NCBI RefSeq assembly: GCF_963921235.1
Contig: NC_086097.1
Coordinates: 247,878,001 to 247,942,000, forward strand
Source of the DNA: Mobula hypostoma
Lineage: Eukaryota
Length of the DNA stretch: 64,000 nt
Reading direction: 5' to 3'
In this document: positions 13,370 to 25,080 of the stretch, one piece after another
How the letters are laid out: each line of letters starts with the position of its first letter
Position numbering within the stretch: position 1 is the stretch's first letter
Made by a program: the position numbers and the translations under genes
The notes under the pieces: model-generated
Database searches by the model: none
Told to the model about the DNA's origin: nothing
The model's input: the letters and a program-made list of their open reading frames with translations, nothing else

Positions 13370-13965
13370 CATGAGGCTCTCCGTTGGTCGGAGATAATCA
13401 TGGATATTGAGTCTACACGTTATGCAAGCCTGCACAGTACGATGTGGAGAGCAAGCATTTGCCCATGTAGCAGACCACATCCCCCCCACCGACCAATGCT
13501 CCATGCAGCTGATGAATCCAAAGGAATGTCAGAGCTAAATATAGTTCAGCAGCAGCAGTGTAGTTGCCAGTCAGCGTTGAACTTAACGTGGGACTGCCTC
13601 AGGGACTCCAGCTGCAGATTTTTCCTTGCGGTTTATGCCTGAAACTTTCCCCATGAGTGGGTGTAGCCACAAGGCAGCAGAAGTTCGAGATCAGAGTTTC
13701 CCTTCTTCTAAATGAGCTGCCAACCACGGCCGATGAGCCCCATCTGCCAGAAGCGACTGGTTTTAAGGCACCAGTAACCCACCTTTGTCCCTTCTGTCAG
13801 TAGAAATGGTTCTGCCGGGCTTAGTAGCTAAGCCACACGTGAAGGCCAGGAACTGGACTTGGTTGTCGGAGGCTATTTGAGACACACACCATTGGGAGCA
13901 TTTAATAGGTAGTGGGAGCTTGTCACCATTACTCCCCTTCCCTGGATATGACAATTTTAAGGAAC
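13370..13965 (-). mobile_element. Non-autonomous RTE-related repeat, copy 1
   Basis: Homologous to 36295-36870; RTE 5'-UTR-like GAAGGGAAACTCTGATCTCGAAC; no credible ORF. Confidence 0.6.
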
Positions 13966-15739
13966 CAACCCAACCTGAAGGAGCCACAGGGCAGTATACA
14001 TACTTAGATACTTTGACTTTCAGCATGTGAATCAAGGGGCTGAGTGAGAGATATTCATGCCCAGGTTGAAGTACAGTTGCAATTATATAATGCCTCAGAC
14101 TGTGCCTCATTGCCCGGACAGATTCCGTGTCAGAAAGGTCAACAGGTAGAATGCCATCTCTCAACCTACAGGATGTAGAGAGATGCGTGAAAATGAATCT
14201 GCTGACATAGTTATTCCGACAGGTTTAAAGGTGAAACTTTATCTTCTTAGGCGAAAGTTGGAGGTGGAGAAGTGATTAGATCTGTGAGACCATCAGCACA
14301 GGTGAATTTCTTCAGCCAGAGGGTGGTGAATTTGTGGAATTCATTGCCACCGATGGCTGTGGAGGCCGAGACATTGGGTTATTTTAAACCGGAGGTTGTG
14401 CTGACCAACTGGCTGGTGTGGTCATGGATATCTTCAACCTCTCACTCTGGCAGTGTGTGCTGCCCACCTGCTTCAAATGGACTTCAATTACACCGGTGCC
14501 CAAGAAGAGTGTGGTGACCTGCCTCAGTGACTTTTGCCCAGTGGCACTTATGTCCACAGTGGTGAAGTGTTTTGAGAGGTCCATGATGAAACATGTCAGT
14601 TCCTGTCTGAGGGCAACTTGGATCTGCTCCAATTTGCCTGCTGAAGCAACAGGTCTACAGCAGATGCCACCTCGCCGGCTCTTCACTCAACACCAGAACA
14701 TTGGGACAGCAAGGATGCATACATCAGGATGCTCTTTATTGATGACAGCTCAGCATTTAACACCATCATCTCCTCAGAACTAAACTCTAAGACCTAGGCC
14801 TCAATACCCCCTTGTGTAATTGGATCCTGGATTTCCTCACTTGTAGACCCCAGTCAGTTTGGATTGGCAGAAAATCTCCCCCACAATTTCCATCAGCATA
14901 GGAGCACCACAGGGCTGTGTACTTAGCCCCCTGCTGGACTCGTTTTATACCTTGTTGATGTGGCTAAGTACAGCTCCAACATCATATATAAGTTTGTTGA
15001 TGATATTACTGTTGTGGGCTGTATCAAAGATGATGATGAATCAACATACAGGAGGAAGATTGAAAATTTGGCTGAGTGGTGTCATAACAACAACCTCTCA
15101 CTCAATGTCAACAACACCAAGGAACTGATTGTAGACTTTAGGAGAGGGAAACCAGAGGTCCATGTGGCATAGAACCATAGACCACTATAGCACAGAGAAC
15201 AGGCCTTTCGGCCCTTCTAGTCTGTGCTGAAACATTATTCCGTTAGTCCCATTGACCTTCATCCAGTCCATAACCCTCCAGACCTATCCCACCCATGTAC
15301 CTATCCAATTTATTCTTAAAGCCTAAGAATGTTCCCGCATTTACCACTCATCCCACACTCCCACCACTCTCTGAGTGAAGAAGTTCCCCCTAATGTTCTC
15401 CCTAAACCTTTCCCCTTTCACCCTAAAGCCATGTCCTCCCGTATTTATCTCTCCTAATCTAAGTGGAAAGAGCCTATTCACATTTACTCTGTCTATACCC
15501 ATCATAATTTTGTAAACCTCTATCAAATCTCCCCTCATTCTTCTACACTCCAAGGAATAAAGTTCTAACTTGTTCAATCTTTCCCTGTAACACAACTCCT
15601 GAAGACCCAGCAACAACCTAGTAAATCTTCTCTGCACTCTTTCAAACTTACTGATATCCTTCCTATAGTTAGGTGACCAAAACTGCACACAATACTCCAA
15701 ATTTGGCCTCACCAATGTCTTATAAAACTATAACATCCA

Positions 15740-16340
15740 GGACTATCGGCTCGTGCCTGTCTAGGGGAAACCCCGTCCGCCCGCCAAACCGTGTCTCACG
15801 TTTGCGTAGTTGCTGTGTAATGCGCCCTGGTACAAACTCACACATCGACTATCAGACAGCACACAATGTACGATTTACAGATTACACTTTATAGATCTTA
15901 CTGGAACTATGTAATTAATAGAGATACAATATAAAAGGAAAGTAAAAGGCGCCAAACTTATCAGAGTTCAATCACTTCGTGCACAACCATTGGAGCTCAA
16001 TTAACAGGGTCTTCTTTACACCATTCGACCTCCTCCAACCCCCTCGACCCGCCACCTAGGACCAACCACGGTGGTCGACCAGAGCGCATCCAGCACGTCC
16101 TTCCTCTTCGGTCCTCCTCCTGAAAAGCCCGCACACTGATCCAGGTTCTCACACAAACAGATGGAATAACATAGCTTCCATTGGTTAGTTTCTCCGTTAT
16201 CTATAACTATAACCCAAACATTTCAGCTACAGAGAACATACCTCATAGTTAACATTACAAACAAGCCATTTCATTATTACACTTCAGAGTTAGTTAGGTA
16301 TAACTGGCAGTTAACAGTTAATATTACTGAGAACCCTACA
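15740..16340 (-). mobile_element. LTR (15816-16340, TGTA...TACA) plus ~75 bp of adjacent internal sequence
   Basis: Interrupts the CR1 RT; TG..CA inverted termini; CCAAT box and poly(A)-signal-like TATAAA on the minus strand. Confidence 0.65.
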
Positions 16341-17023
16341 CAACCTCCCCATAACATCCCAACTCCTATACTCAATACTTTGATTTATGAATACCAGGAT
16401 GCCAAAAGCCTTCTTTACAACCCTCTCTACCTGTGACGCCACTTTCAGGGAATTATGTATCTGAAATCCCAGATCTCTTTGTTCCTCCACACTCCTCAGT
16501 GCCCCACCATTTACTGTGTATGTCCTACCTTGATTTGTCCTTCCAAAATGCAACACCTCACACTTGTCTGCATTAAATTCCATCTGCCATTTTTTGGCCC
16601 ATTTTTCCAGTGGGTCCAGATCCCTCTGCAAGCTTTGAAAGGCTTCCTCGCTGTCCACAACGTCTCCAATCTTAGTGTCATCAGCAAACTTGCTGATCCA
16701 ATTTACCACATTATTATCTACATCATTGATATAGACAACAAACAACAATGGTCCCAACACAGATCCGTGAGGCACACCACTAGTCACAGGCCTCCAGTCT
16801 GATAAGCAATTATCCACTACCGCTCTCTGTCTTCTCCCATACAGCCAATTTCGAATCCAGTTTACAACCTCTCCATGGATACCTAGTGTCTGAACCTTCT
16901 GAACTAACCTCCCATGTGGGACCTTGTCAAAGGCCTTACTAAAGTCTATGTAGACAACATCCACAACCTTTCCTTCATCTACTTTCTTGGTAACCTCTCC
17001 GAAAAACTCTACAAGATTCATTA

Positions 17024-17677
17024 GGGGGAGGAGAAGATGGCAATGTGATGCAGCGCGCGTGGCCGCTCCGAAATGATATCGTATGTGTTAACTAGAGGCC
17101 GTGCACAATCCTGATTTGATGGAGACAGACGTGAGAAGCACAGAGGAACACCTGGAGAAACTTCTGAAATACCTACTTCACTGCCGCTACTAGTGTGCGA
17201 TCGAGAATCTCCGGAGGGGAAGGCCCCAAATCCTCGGCTTTGCATATTGCCTGTTGCCGGGGCCAGAGCGCTTGGGAGAGATGGTGCTCGGTGCTCGGTG
17301 TTGGAGGGCTGGTCGGAGGGTCGAAGTTTTCGTACGGTCTCAAGAGTTGGCTGTGGTCGGGTGCTTCCAGGATGCTGCGTCGGCAAGTTTGCGGCGCTGG
17401 AAGCTCATGGCAGGAAGAGTTTTTTTCCTTCCTTCTACCGTCTGCGTGAGATGATGCGACGTTTTGAGACTTTTTTTTACCGTGGTCTGTTCTTCATCAA
17501 ATTACGGTATTGCTTTGCACTGTTGTAACTATATGTTATAATTATGTGGTTTTTGTCAGTTTTTCAGTCGGTTTGTCTTGTGTTTCTGTGACATCATTCT
17601 GGAGAAACATTGTATCATTTCTTAATGCATGCATTACTAAATGGCAATAAAAGAGGACTGCGTGTCCTCATAATCTA
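17024..17677 (+). mobile_element. Apparently full-length ~650-bp SINE-like element
   Basis: Starts GGGGAGGAGAAGATGGC, ends CTCATAATCTA; interrupts the CR1 codons S-C-L-M-N-L. Confidence 0.85.
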
Positions 17678-18100
17678 AAAACACGATCTACCATGCACAA
17701 AGCCATGCTGACTATCCTTAATCAGCCCTTGGCTGTCCAAATACTTGTATATCCGATCTCTCAGAACACCTTCCAATACTTTACCTACTACTGATGTCAG
17801 GCTCACCGGCCTGTAACTACCTGGTTTACTTTTGGAGCCTTTTTTTAAACAACGGAACAACATGAGCTACCCTCCAATCCTCCAGCCCCACACCCATGGC
17901 CAAGGGCATTTAAAGTATTTCTGCCAGGGCTCCTGCAATTTCTACACCAGTCTCTCTCAAGGTCTGAGGAAATATCATGTCAGGCCCGGGGGATTTATCT
18001 ACCTTTATTCGCTGTAAGGCAGCAAGCACCTCCTCCTCTTTAATCTCTATATGTTCCATGACACTGCTGTTTGTTTCCCTTCCTTCCATATACGCTATGC

Positions 18101-18211
18101 CAGTTTCCTGAGTAAATACTGAAGCAAGAGTTTCCTGAGTAAATACTGATACAAAAAGTTTCCTGAGTAAATACTGATGCAAAGAGTTTCCTGAGTAAAT
18201 ACTGATACAAA
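18101..18211. repeat. 4 x ~28-bp tandem repeat at the CR1 5' junction
   Basis: AGTTTCCTGAGTAAATACTGA core occurs four times. Confidence 0.9.
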
Positions 18212-19156
18212 CTTAAGCCAGTCTTCATTGGAAGATCAGAGGTAGAGAGGGTTAGCAACTTCAAATTCCTGGGTGTTACTATTTCAGTTCTGGACCATCA
18301 TATAAATGGAATTGCAAAGAAAGCATGGTAGTGCCTCTGCAACACATACATCTGCAGATTTTCTCTTGTTTGTGAATGGCAGTGGCTCTACTTCCTTAGG
18401 AGTCTGTGGAGATTTGGCACGACATCAAAAACTTTGACAAACTTTGGCTGTATCACAGCCTGGTATGGAAACACCAATGTCTTTGAACAGAAAATCCTAC
18501 AAAAGGTGGTGAATTTGGTCCAGTACATCACGGGTAAAGCCCTCACAACCATTCAGCATATCTACATGAAACACTGTTGCAGGAAAACAGCATCCATCGT
18601 CAGAGATCCTCACCACCAAAGGCTCTGCTCTTTGCTCACTGCTGCAAGTGCCCCAGGACTCACACCACCAGGTTCAGGAACAGTTACTACCCCACAACTG
18701 TCAGGCTCTTGACCAAAGGAGATAACTACACTCACTTGCCCATCTATTGAGACATTCCCCCAACTAATGATCTCACTTTAAGGACTCTTTATCTCATTTT
18801 CTTGTTATTTAATACTATTTAATTATATTTGTATTTGCACAGTTTGTTGTCTTTTTGTTGATCTTTCATTGACCCTAATTACAGTTACTATTCTATGGAT
18901 TTGCCCACAGAAAAATGAATCTCTGGGTTGTGTATGGTGACATATATGTACTCTGATAATAAACGTTACTTTGAGCTTTGAAAAGATCAATCAGATACTG
19001 AAACATTTAGTAAGGTCAAGTTTGCTGCTTTCTTAATTTGAAAATAAGCTGAAATTCATTTTTAGAAGTATGTATTTCATTGGTTGCAGTTCCATGTGAC
19101 ATTAGAGAGTTAGGGTGTATTCATAGGGAGGGTTTTGGTCTTAAAGGTTAAATTAA

Positions 19157-20286
19157 AACATAGAAACATAGAAAACCTACTGCACAATACAGGCCCTATG
19201 GCCCACAAAATTATGCCAAACATGTCCCTACCTTAGAAATTACTTGGGTTACCCATAGCCCTCTATTTTTCTAAACTCCATGTTCCTATCCAAAAGTCTC
19301 TTAAAAGACCCTATCGTATTAGCCTCCACCACTGTTGCCGGCAGCCCATTACACTCTCTGTGTAAAAAACTTACCCCTGACATCTCCAATGAACCTACTC
19401 CCAAGCACCTTAAACTTGTGCCCTCTTGTGGCAGCCAGTTCAGCCCTGGGGAAAAGCCTCTGACTATCCACACGATCAATGCCTCTCATCATCTTATACA
19501 CCTCTATCAGGACACCTCTCATCCTCCATCGCTCTAAGGAGAAAAGGCCAAGTTCGCTTAACTTGTTTTCATAAGGCATGCTCTCCAATCCAGGCAACAT
19601 CCTTGTAAATCTCCTCTGCACCCTTTCTATAGTTTCCACATCCTTCCTGTAGTGAGGCGACCAGAACTGAGCACAGTACTCCAAGTAGGGTCTGACCAGG
19701 GTCCTATATAGCTGCAACATTACCTCTCGGTTCTTAAATTCAGTTCCACCATTGATGAAGGCCAATACACCGTATGCCTTCTTAACCACAGAGTCAACCT
19801 GCACTGCTGCTTTGAGCGTCATATGGACTCGGACCCCAAGATCCCTCTGATCCTCCACACTGCCAAGAGTCTTACCATTAATACTATATTCTGCCATCAT
19901 ATCTGACCTACCAAAATGAACCACCTCACACTTATCTGGGTTGAACTCCATCTGCCACTTCTCAGCCCAGTTTTGCATCCTATTGATGTCCCACTGTAAC
20001 CTCTGATAGCCCTCCACACTATCCACAACACCCCCAACCTTTGTGTCATCAGCAAACTTACTAACCCATCCGTCCACTTCCTCATCCAGGTCATTTATAA
20101 AAATCACGAAGAGTGAGGGTCCCAGAACAGATCCCTGAGGCACACCACTGGTAACCAACCTCCATGCAGAATATGACCCATCTACAACCACTCTTTGCCT
20201 TCTGTGGGCAAGCCAGTTCTGGATCCACAAAGCAATATCCCCTTGGATCCCATGCCTCCTTACTTTCTCAATAAGCCTTGCATGGC
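19157..20286 (-). mobile_element. CR1 LINE 3' part, RT ORF at 19349-20230
   Basis: [22 protein letters not shown] motifs; (TTTCTATG)n tail. Confidence 0.93.
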
Positions 20287-20312
20287 CTTAATGAGCAAAA
20301 CCTGTTAATCTA

Positions 20313-21425
20313 ATACGATGAAGTGCTTTGAGTAGGTGGTCATGGCCAGAATCAACTCCTGCCTAAGCAAGGACCTGGACCTGCTGCAATTTGCCTCCGG
20401 CCACAATAGGTCTACAGTGGATACAATCTCACTGGCTCTCCACTCGGCCTTGGACAATAGCAATACCTATGTTTGGCTGCTGTTTGTTGATTATAGCTCG
20501 GTATTCAACACCAGCATACCCCCAGTATTAATCAATAAGCACCAAACTCTGGGCCTCTGCAATTGGATCCTTGACTTCCTCAGACCACAGTCTGAGCGAT
20601 CGGAAATAATACCCCCCTCACTGACAACCCCAGCACACCTCAAGGATATGTGCTTAGCCCACTGCACTATTCTCTGTACACCCATGTCCATGTGCCTATT
20701 CACAGCTCAAGCACCGTCTTTAAATTTACCAATGCCACAACTGTTGCTGGCAGAATCTCAGATGGTGATGCAGAGGCGTACAGGAATGAGATAGATCAGC
20801 CGGTTAAGTGGTGTCACAACAACAACCATGCACCCAACTTCAGTCAGACCAAGGAATTGATTGTGAATTTCAGGAAGTCGAAGGAACACAAATGAGTCCT
20901 CATCGCGGATCAGCAGTGGGAAGAGTGGGCAATTTCAGCTTCCTGATTGCCAATATCTCTGGAGATGGGTGTAACATATTGATACAATTACAAAGAAGGC
21001 CTGTCAGTGGCCATATTTCATTAGATATCTGAGGAGATTTGGTATGTCACTAAAGACTCTAACAAATTTCTACAGATGTAGAAAAGTCACTCAAAGAGGC
21101 AGTATCCATCATGAAAGATATCCTCACCCAGAACATGCTCTCTTCTCATTGCTGCCGTCAGGAATGAGATACAGGAGCCTGAAGACACACACTCAGTGTT
21201 TTACGAACAGCTTCTTCCCCTCTGCCGTCAGATATCTGTACGGACAATGAACCCATGAATACCACCTTGGTATTTTTTTTGCCTCTCTTTTTGTATTACT
21301 TATTTAATTTAATATTTTAATATCTATATTTATTATTGTAATTTATAGTTTTTAAATTTTATTGCACTGTACCGCTGCTGCAAAACAACAAATTTCATGA
21401 CATATGCTAGTAATACTAAATCTGA
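20313..21425 (+). mobile_element. Decayed Rex1/Babar-like LINE
   Basis: [25 protein letters not shown] and LLPSGMRYRSL motifs. Confidence 0.8.
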
Positions 21426-22439
21426 CCAAGGAATTGTTTGAGAACCTCGGGAAGCAGACGTCGAAGGAACACACATCAATCCTCATTGAGGGGTCAGCAG
21501 TGGAAAGGATGAGCAGTTTCGTGCTCCTGGATCCAGAGTTCAAATTTCAAAGTTCAAAGTAAATTTATTATCAAATGATGTATGTCACCATATACTGCCC
21601 TGAGATTCATTTTCCTGCAGTAAAACAAAGAAAGGGAAGAGAGTCAATGAAAATCTACACACAAAGACGACAAACAACCGATGTGCAAAAGAGAAACCAT
21701 ACCTTCACACAATTGATGATGAGAAGATGGTTCCCTTTTCAAAGTTCAAAGTAATTTTGTCACCATATACATTTTCTTGCAGGCATTCACAGTAGAACAG
21801 AGAAATACAATAGAATCAATGAAAAACTACACACAAAGACTGACACACAATCGAAGTGCAAAAATAAAATGAACAATAGTATTAATAAATAAATAATATT
21901 CTGAACGTGAGTTGTTGAGTCCTTGAAAGTGAGGGGATAGGTTGTGTTCAGTGATCAATTCAGTGTTGTGGTGGGTGAGGTTGTCCATGCTAGTTCAGGA
22001 AACTAGTGGTTGAAGGATAATAACTGTTCCTGATCCTGGTAATGTTCCTGAACATCTCGGAAGAACATTCTGTATTGGTGCACATGGGTCAAATGCAAGG
22101 AAATGGAAATTATCTTGAGTTACCTTGGTCAACGAGCATGAGTTGAGACAGAAGACCTGCTTCTGTCCTGTACAGATAAGGGATATGGGAGGGGTATAAA
22201 GTTTGGTTAAGGGGCTTGGGAACGTGCACGGAGGGCTATGGTCCTGGTGTGGGTCTATGGATCTAGGCAGAATAACAGTCTGGCACAGACTAGATAGGCT
22301 GAAGGGCCTATTTTGTTCAGTAGTGATTTAAGACCCAATCTAATGGATATTGCCACTGTTGGTAACTTATATTTAACATTTCAGATTGCATAGCAGGTAC
22401 AAAAGTCCAAGTTGCTGGACTGTAAGACAGAAAACTGCT

Positions 22440-22600
22440 TACCATTTTCGAAAACCCGTTCTATCGCTATGGAGTCGACCAATTTGGAAACTACAACTCC
22501 CATTAAGCACCGCGAACGACACAGCGTCCCACCATGTTTAACGGGGCACGTGACGTGAGGTCACGAGAACCATGGCGGAAGTAGAGCAGGTAAATGGAGA
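22440..22600. promoter_or_regulatory. CpG-rich, probably bidirectional promoter of VPS41
   Basis: Local CpG cluster in unique DNA. ZNF143/THAP11-type ACTACAACTCCCA at 22490-22502, E-box GGCACGTGAC at 22545-22554 (9/10 match to CLEAR), CRE-like TGACGTGA at 22551-22558, ETS-like CGGAAGT over the first codons. Confidence 0.75.
22572..22589 (+). CDS. VPS41: VPS41 coding exon 1 (MAEVEQ)
   Basis: ACC ATG G Kozak context; ATGGCGGAAGTAGAGCAG then donor GTAAAT at 22590. Spliced to exon 2 it gives MAEVEQ-EAQNYEESTDESE, matching the human VPS41 N-terminus as recalled (MAEAEEQ-ETGSLEESTDESE). Confidence 0.88.
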
Positions 22601-23129
22601 GTCGCTTCATCTTGTGTTGCAGTTTCTCTATAATTTAAGTATATTTCTCTCTTGTTCCGTGGCTTTTGGAGCTGTTTCATTTCCCTTGGGATGCTGGTGA
22701 TCCCGGCCTGATACAGCATTCCGTCCGTGATTAATTAGTTCCTGGATCTCTTGGTTATTCTTTCTAAATCAGCCCTGATGATAGACTTGAGGGTGACACC
22801 AAGTGTGCAGATTGTGTCCGTTTGGTGAGGGTCAGCAACTTGTATTGGCATACTCTGTTTGCAGTGTTTAATACTTTCTTACATCAGCTGCTATTGATTT
22901 GGGGCCATTGATAGCGATAACAGAGGATTAAGTGGTGGTTGCCGTAACGGTTTTCAGCGCCTGTGGTTGTGGTCATGAGGTAGACCTCCCTATGGTCTGT
23001 AGCTCAGACAGTGTCACCATCTAACCGTGTCAGTGCCTGGAGGGAGGTTGTTGCCATGAGGTGATCTAAATCGGTCTCTGATGAAAAAGAACGTTGATTA
23101 AGTTCAAGTTTTTTGTCATCTGACTGTTC

Positions 23130-23485
23130 GGAGGGTGGCGGGTTGGAGATGCGTTTCTACTAAATACGCCTTCCCTCCGCTAGCCTGCAGGTCACCCTTG
23201 GGCAAGGTGTAGCACCTGCTTAGCCCCTGATCGGGGTCATGTGAAGCCATAGAAGCAGGTGGTGGATGGTCGTATGAGCAGATGGTGCACATCTCAAGTT
23301 CTGGTTATGCGACCACTGACGCCTGTCTCTGAAGAGGATTGATAATGGCCGGGGTCACCCATCTTCTAAAGACACTGCTCAGAAGACTATTTCTATAGGA
23401 AAATTTGTCAAGAACAATCCTAGTCATGGGTAGAGGACCATGATCGCCCACATCATACAACACTGCACCTAATGATGAAGATGAC
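23130..23485 (+). mobile_element. RTE-tailed SINE-like repeat (other copies at 31440-31645, 45160-45530, 51220-51548 minus strand, 62058-62970 split)
   Basis: Shared CTAGCCTGCAGGTCACCCTTGGGCAAGGTGTAGCACCTGC body; GCAATGGCAAACCAC RTE-type 3' motif in sister copies; (TGA)n tail. Confidence 0.75.
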
Positions 23486-23599
23486 TGCTATATACAGCCT
23501 AATAAACAATGTTCCTCCATACAGTGGTGTACCCATGAATCAACACACATAAAGTGCTGGAGGAACTCAGCAGGATAGGCAGCATCTATGGAGAGGAAT

Positions 23600-24450
23600 A
23601 AGCAGTGAGGCAGGCTTTTGCTCACACTGGCCTTCATAAGTCAGAGATTGACTATAAATCTGAGGGGTCATGGTGTTGCTTTACAGGATGCTGGTGAGAC
23701 GACACTTGGCAGGATTTCAGAATCTGAGTGACAGAAAGGGTTGGACAGGCTAGGACTCTGTTCCTTACAAGGTAGGAGACCAAAAGGTAGAGGTGCATGA
23801 AATCATGAAGGGGCATTGACAGGAGGAATGCACTCAAATCTTTTTCCTGGAGTTGGCATATCAAGGACTAGAAGACATGGATTTAAGGTGAGAGCAGACA
23901 GATTTGGTGAGGCCAAATTTGGAGTATTGTGTACCAGTTTTGGTCACCGAATTATAGGAAAGATGCCAACAAATAGAGAGAGAGTACAGAGAAGATTTAC
24001 TAGAATATTACCTGGATTTCATCACCTAAGTTACAGAGAAAGGTTGAACAAGTTGGGTCTTTATTCTTTGGAACGTAGAAGGTTGAGAGGGGACTTGATA
24101 GAGGTATTTAAGATTATGAGGGGGATAGACAAAGTTGATGTGGATAGGCTTTTTCCATTGAGAGTGGGGGAGATTCAAACAAGAGGACATGGCAAAAGTT
24201 TAGGGGTAACATGAGGGGGAACTTCTTTACTCAGAGAGTGGTAGCTGTGTGGAACGAGCTTCCAGCAGGAGTGGTGAGGCAGGTTCGATGTTGTCGTTTA
24301 AAGTTAAATTGGATAGATATATGGACAGGAAAGGAATGGAGGGTTATGGGGTGAGTGCAGATTGGTGGGACTAGGTGAGAGTAAGAGTTTGGCATGGACT
24401 AGAAGGGCCGAGATGGCCTGTTTCTGTGCTGTAATTGTTATATGGTTACA
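23600..24450 (+). mobile_element. Two nested CR1 3' fragments
   Basis: QRRFTRILPG and RGDLIEVFKI motifs. Confidence 0.8.
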
Positions 24451-24744
24451 TTTAAGAAGAACTTAAGTGGCAACTTGTTTTTTTTAAACTAAAGGGGCAG
24501 TGTCCTGCTGCTAGCTGTAAGAAGTTTGCACGTTCTGCCCGTTACCACATGGCTTCCTCGGGCTGCTCTGGTTTCCTCCCACAGTCCAAAGATGTACCGG
24601 TCGGGTTGGTACGTAAATTGTTCCATGATTACGCCCGGACTAAATTGGGATTGCAGGGCGGCGTGACTCGAAGGGCTGGAGGGGCCTGTTCCACGCTGTA
24701 CTGTAATCTATGCGGAATCAGCTGCCAGAGGTGGTGATTGAGAT

Positions 24745-25080
24745 GTGGCATGGGAGCATAGTGGTTAGCAGAACACTTTGCAGCACCAGAGATCAGCGAT
24801 GGGGGTTCGATTCCTGCTACTGTCAGTAGGGAGTTTGCACGTTCTCCCCGTGACCGCAAGGGTTTCCTCCGCGTGCTCCAGTTTCTTCCGCTGTTCAAAA
24901 GACGTGCAGGTGTGGGCTGGTGAGTTGTGGGCATGCTATGTTGGCGCCGGAAGTGTGGCGTCGTTGGTGGGCTGCCCCCAGCACATCCTCAGACTGTGGT
25001 TGTGGAAGCAAATGAAGCATTTCACCGTATGTATTGATGGTTTGGTGTTCATGTGAGAAATAAAGTTAATATAATCAATC
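24745..25080 (+). mobile_element. tRNA-derived V-SINE (HE1-like); other copies near 24495, 28620(-), 34850(-), 40055, 46593, 47445(-)
   Basis: A box AGCATAGTGG, B box GGTTCGATTCC, V-domain GAGTTTGCACGTTCTCCCCGTGACC..GGGTTTCCTCC. Confidence 0.85.

Larger units (their letters stand above)
15169..18211 (-). mobile_element. CR1 LINE carrying two nested insertions (an LTR and a SINE-like element)
   Basis: Collinear RT fragments at 17910-18182, 17675-17863, 16311-17021 and 15341-15715. Confidence 0.92.
14388..18982 (+). mobile_element. Rex1/Babar-like LINE (14388-15168 + 18214-18982) split by a CR1
   Basis: IFNLSL..VPKK..PVAL, GAPQGCVLSP and NNLSLNV..TKELIVDFRR motifs; the sequence resumes after 18213. 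Confidence 0.8.

Noticed and set aside
18101..18211. CRISPR-like appearance of the short repeats here and at 58590-58700
   Set aside because: No unique spacers, eukaryotic context, and the units derive from LINE sequence.
22572..22589. RPS15, which also starts MAEVEQ
   Set aside because: The next exon encodes EESTDESE (VPS41), not KKKRTFRKF.
24750..24830. tRNA gene
   Set aside because: The A/B boxes continue into a V-SINE body, so this is a SINE head.
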